Of a stretch of DNA of 64,000 nucleotides, positions 63,695-64,000 are shown piece after piece. The translations under genes were made by a program, and so were the position numbers. The stretch's first letter is position 1; each line of letters starts with the position of its first letter. The DNA lies in assembly GCA_002633005.1 (NCBI GenBank), contig NMRA01000613.1, forward strand, positions 1-64,000, in the 5' to 3' direction. The notes beneath the pieces were generated by a model. That model was not told the origin of the DNA. It did no database searches and worked only from the letters and a program-made list of their open reading frames with translations. The DNA comes from Phoronis australis. Lineage: Eukaryota; Animalia; Phoronida.

Positions 63695-64000
63695 CTGAAA
63701 CAAAATGGAATATACTAACATAGATTTCCTTCTAATTTTTGATAACATGTTTCTTTTCAAAACAGATGTCTATGACAAGAATTAATTTAAGCCGTCCCAC
63801 ACCTCTGCACATGACTGGGATGTAAGTGTTCTCGTCTCAGCCGCCATTACGGATCTGATGGCAAAAGGCGTTAGCGATAGCCCTTATACATTATGCGGTA
63901 GTCGCATTTGGCGGGAGACGTCCACCTTGGTACCCCTAATTGAGCACCAAAGCAGCCTTGAAAATTTAACTACATATATTGTCAAAAATCTCAGGTTCAT

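Overview
AT-rich, intron-containing animal genomic DNA, probably a marine invertebrate (taxon not determinable from sequence), with two assembly gaps. The main content is a tandem minus-strand cluster of paralogous immunoglobulin-superfamily receptor genes that I reconstructed exon by exon from GT-AG boundaries and intron phases. Copy C (43260-52605) has 9 coding exons and an intact 581-aa ORF. Copy B (24735-32456) has one broken splice acceptor. Copy A (7158-16187) has no visible middle exons. A decayed fragment D lies at about 57930-58390. The inferred architecture is signal peptide, cysteine-less V-type Ig, C2-type Ig (plus a third Ig in C), transmembrane helix, SAM-like domain, and an acidic tail packed with tyrosine motifs (ITIM/ITAM-like, YxN, YxxM). 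The cluster is interspersed with duplicated intergenic blocks and transposon relics: a Penelope GIY-YIG relic with a degenerate hammerhead motif, Kolobok/THAP elements, a BEL/Pao retrotransposon, a Helentron-type HINE, MITEs, a tRNA-SINE head and satellites. A large orphan exon lies at the right end. Domain calls come from motif recognition by eye, not database searches.
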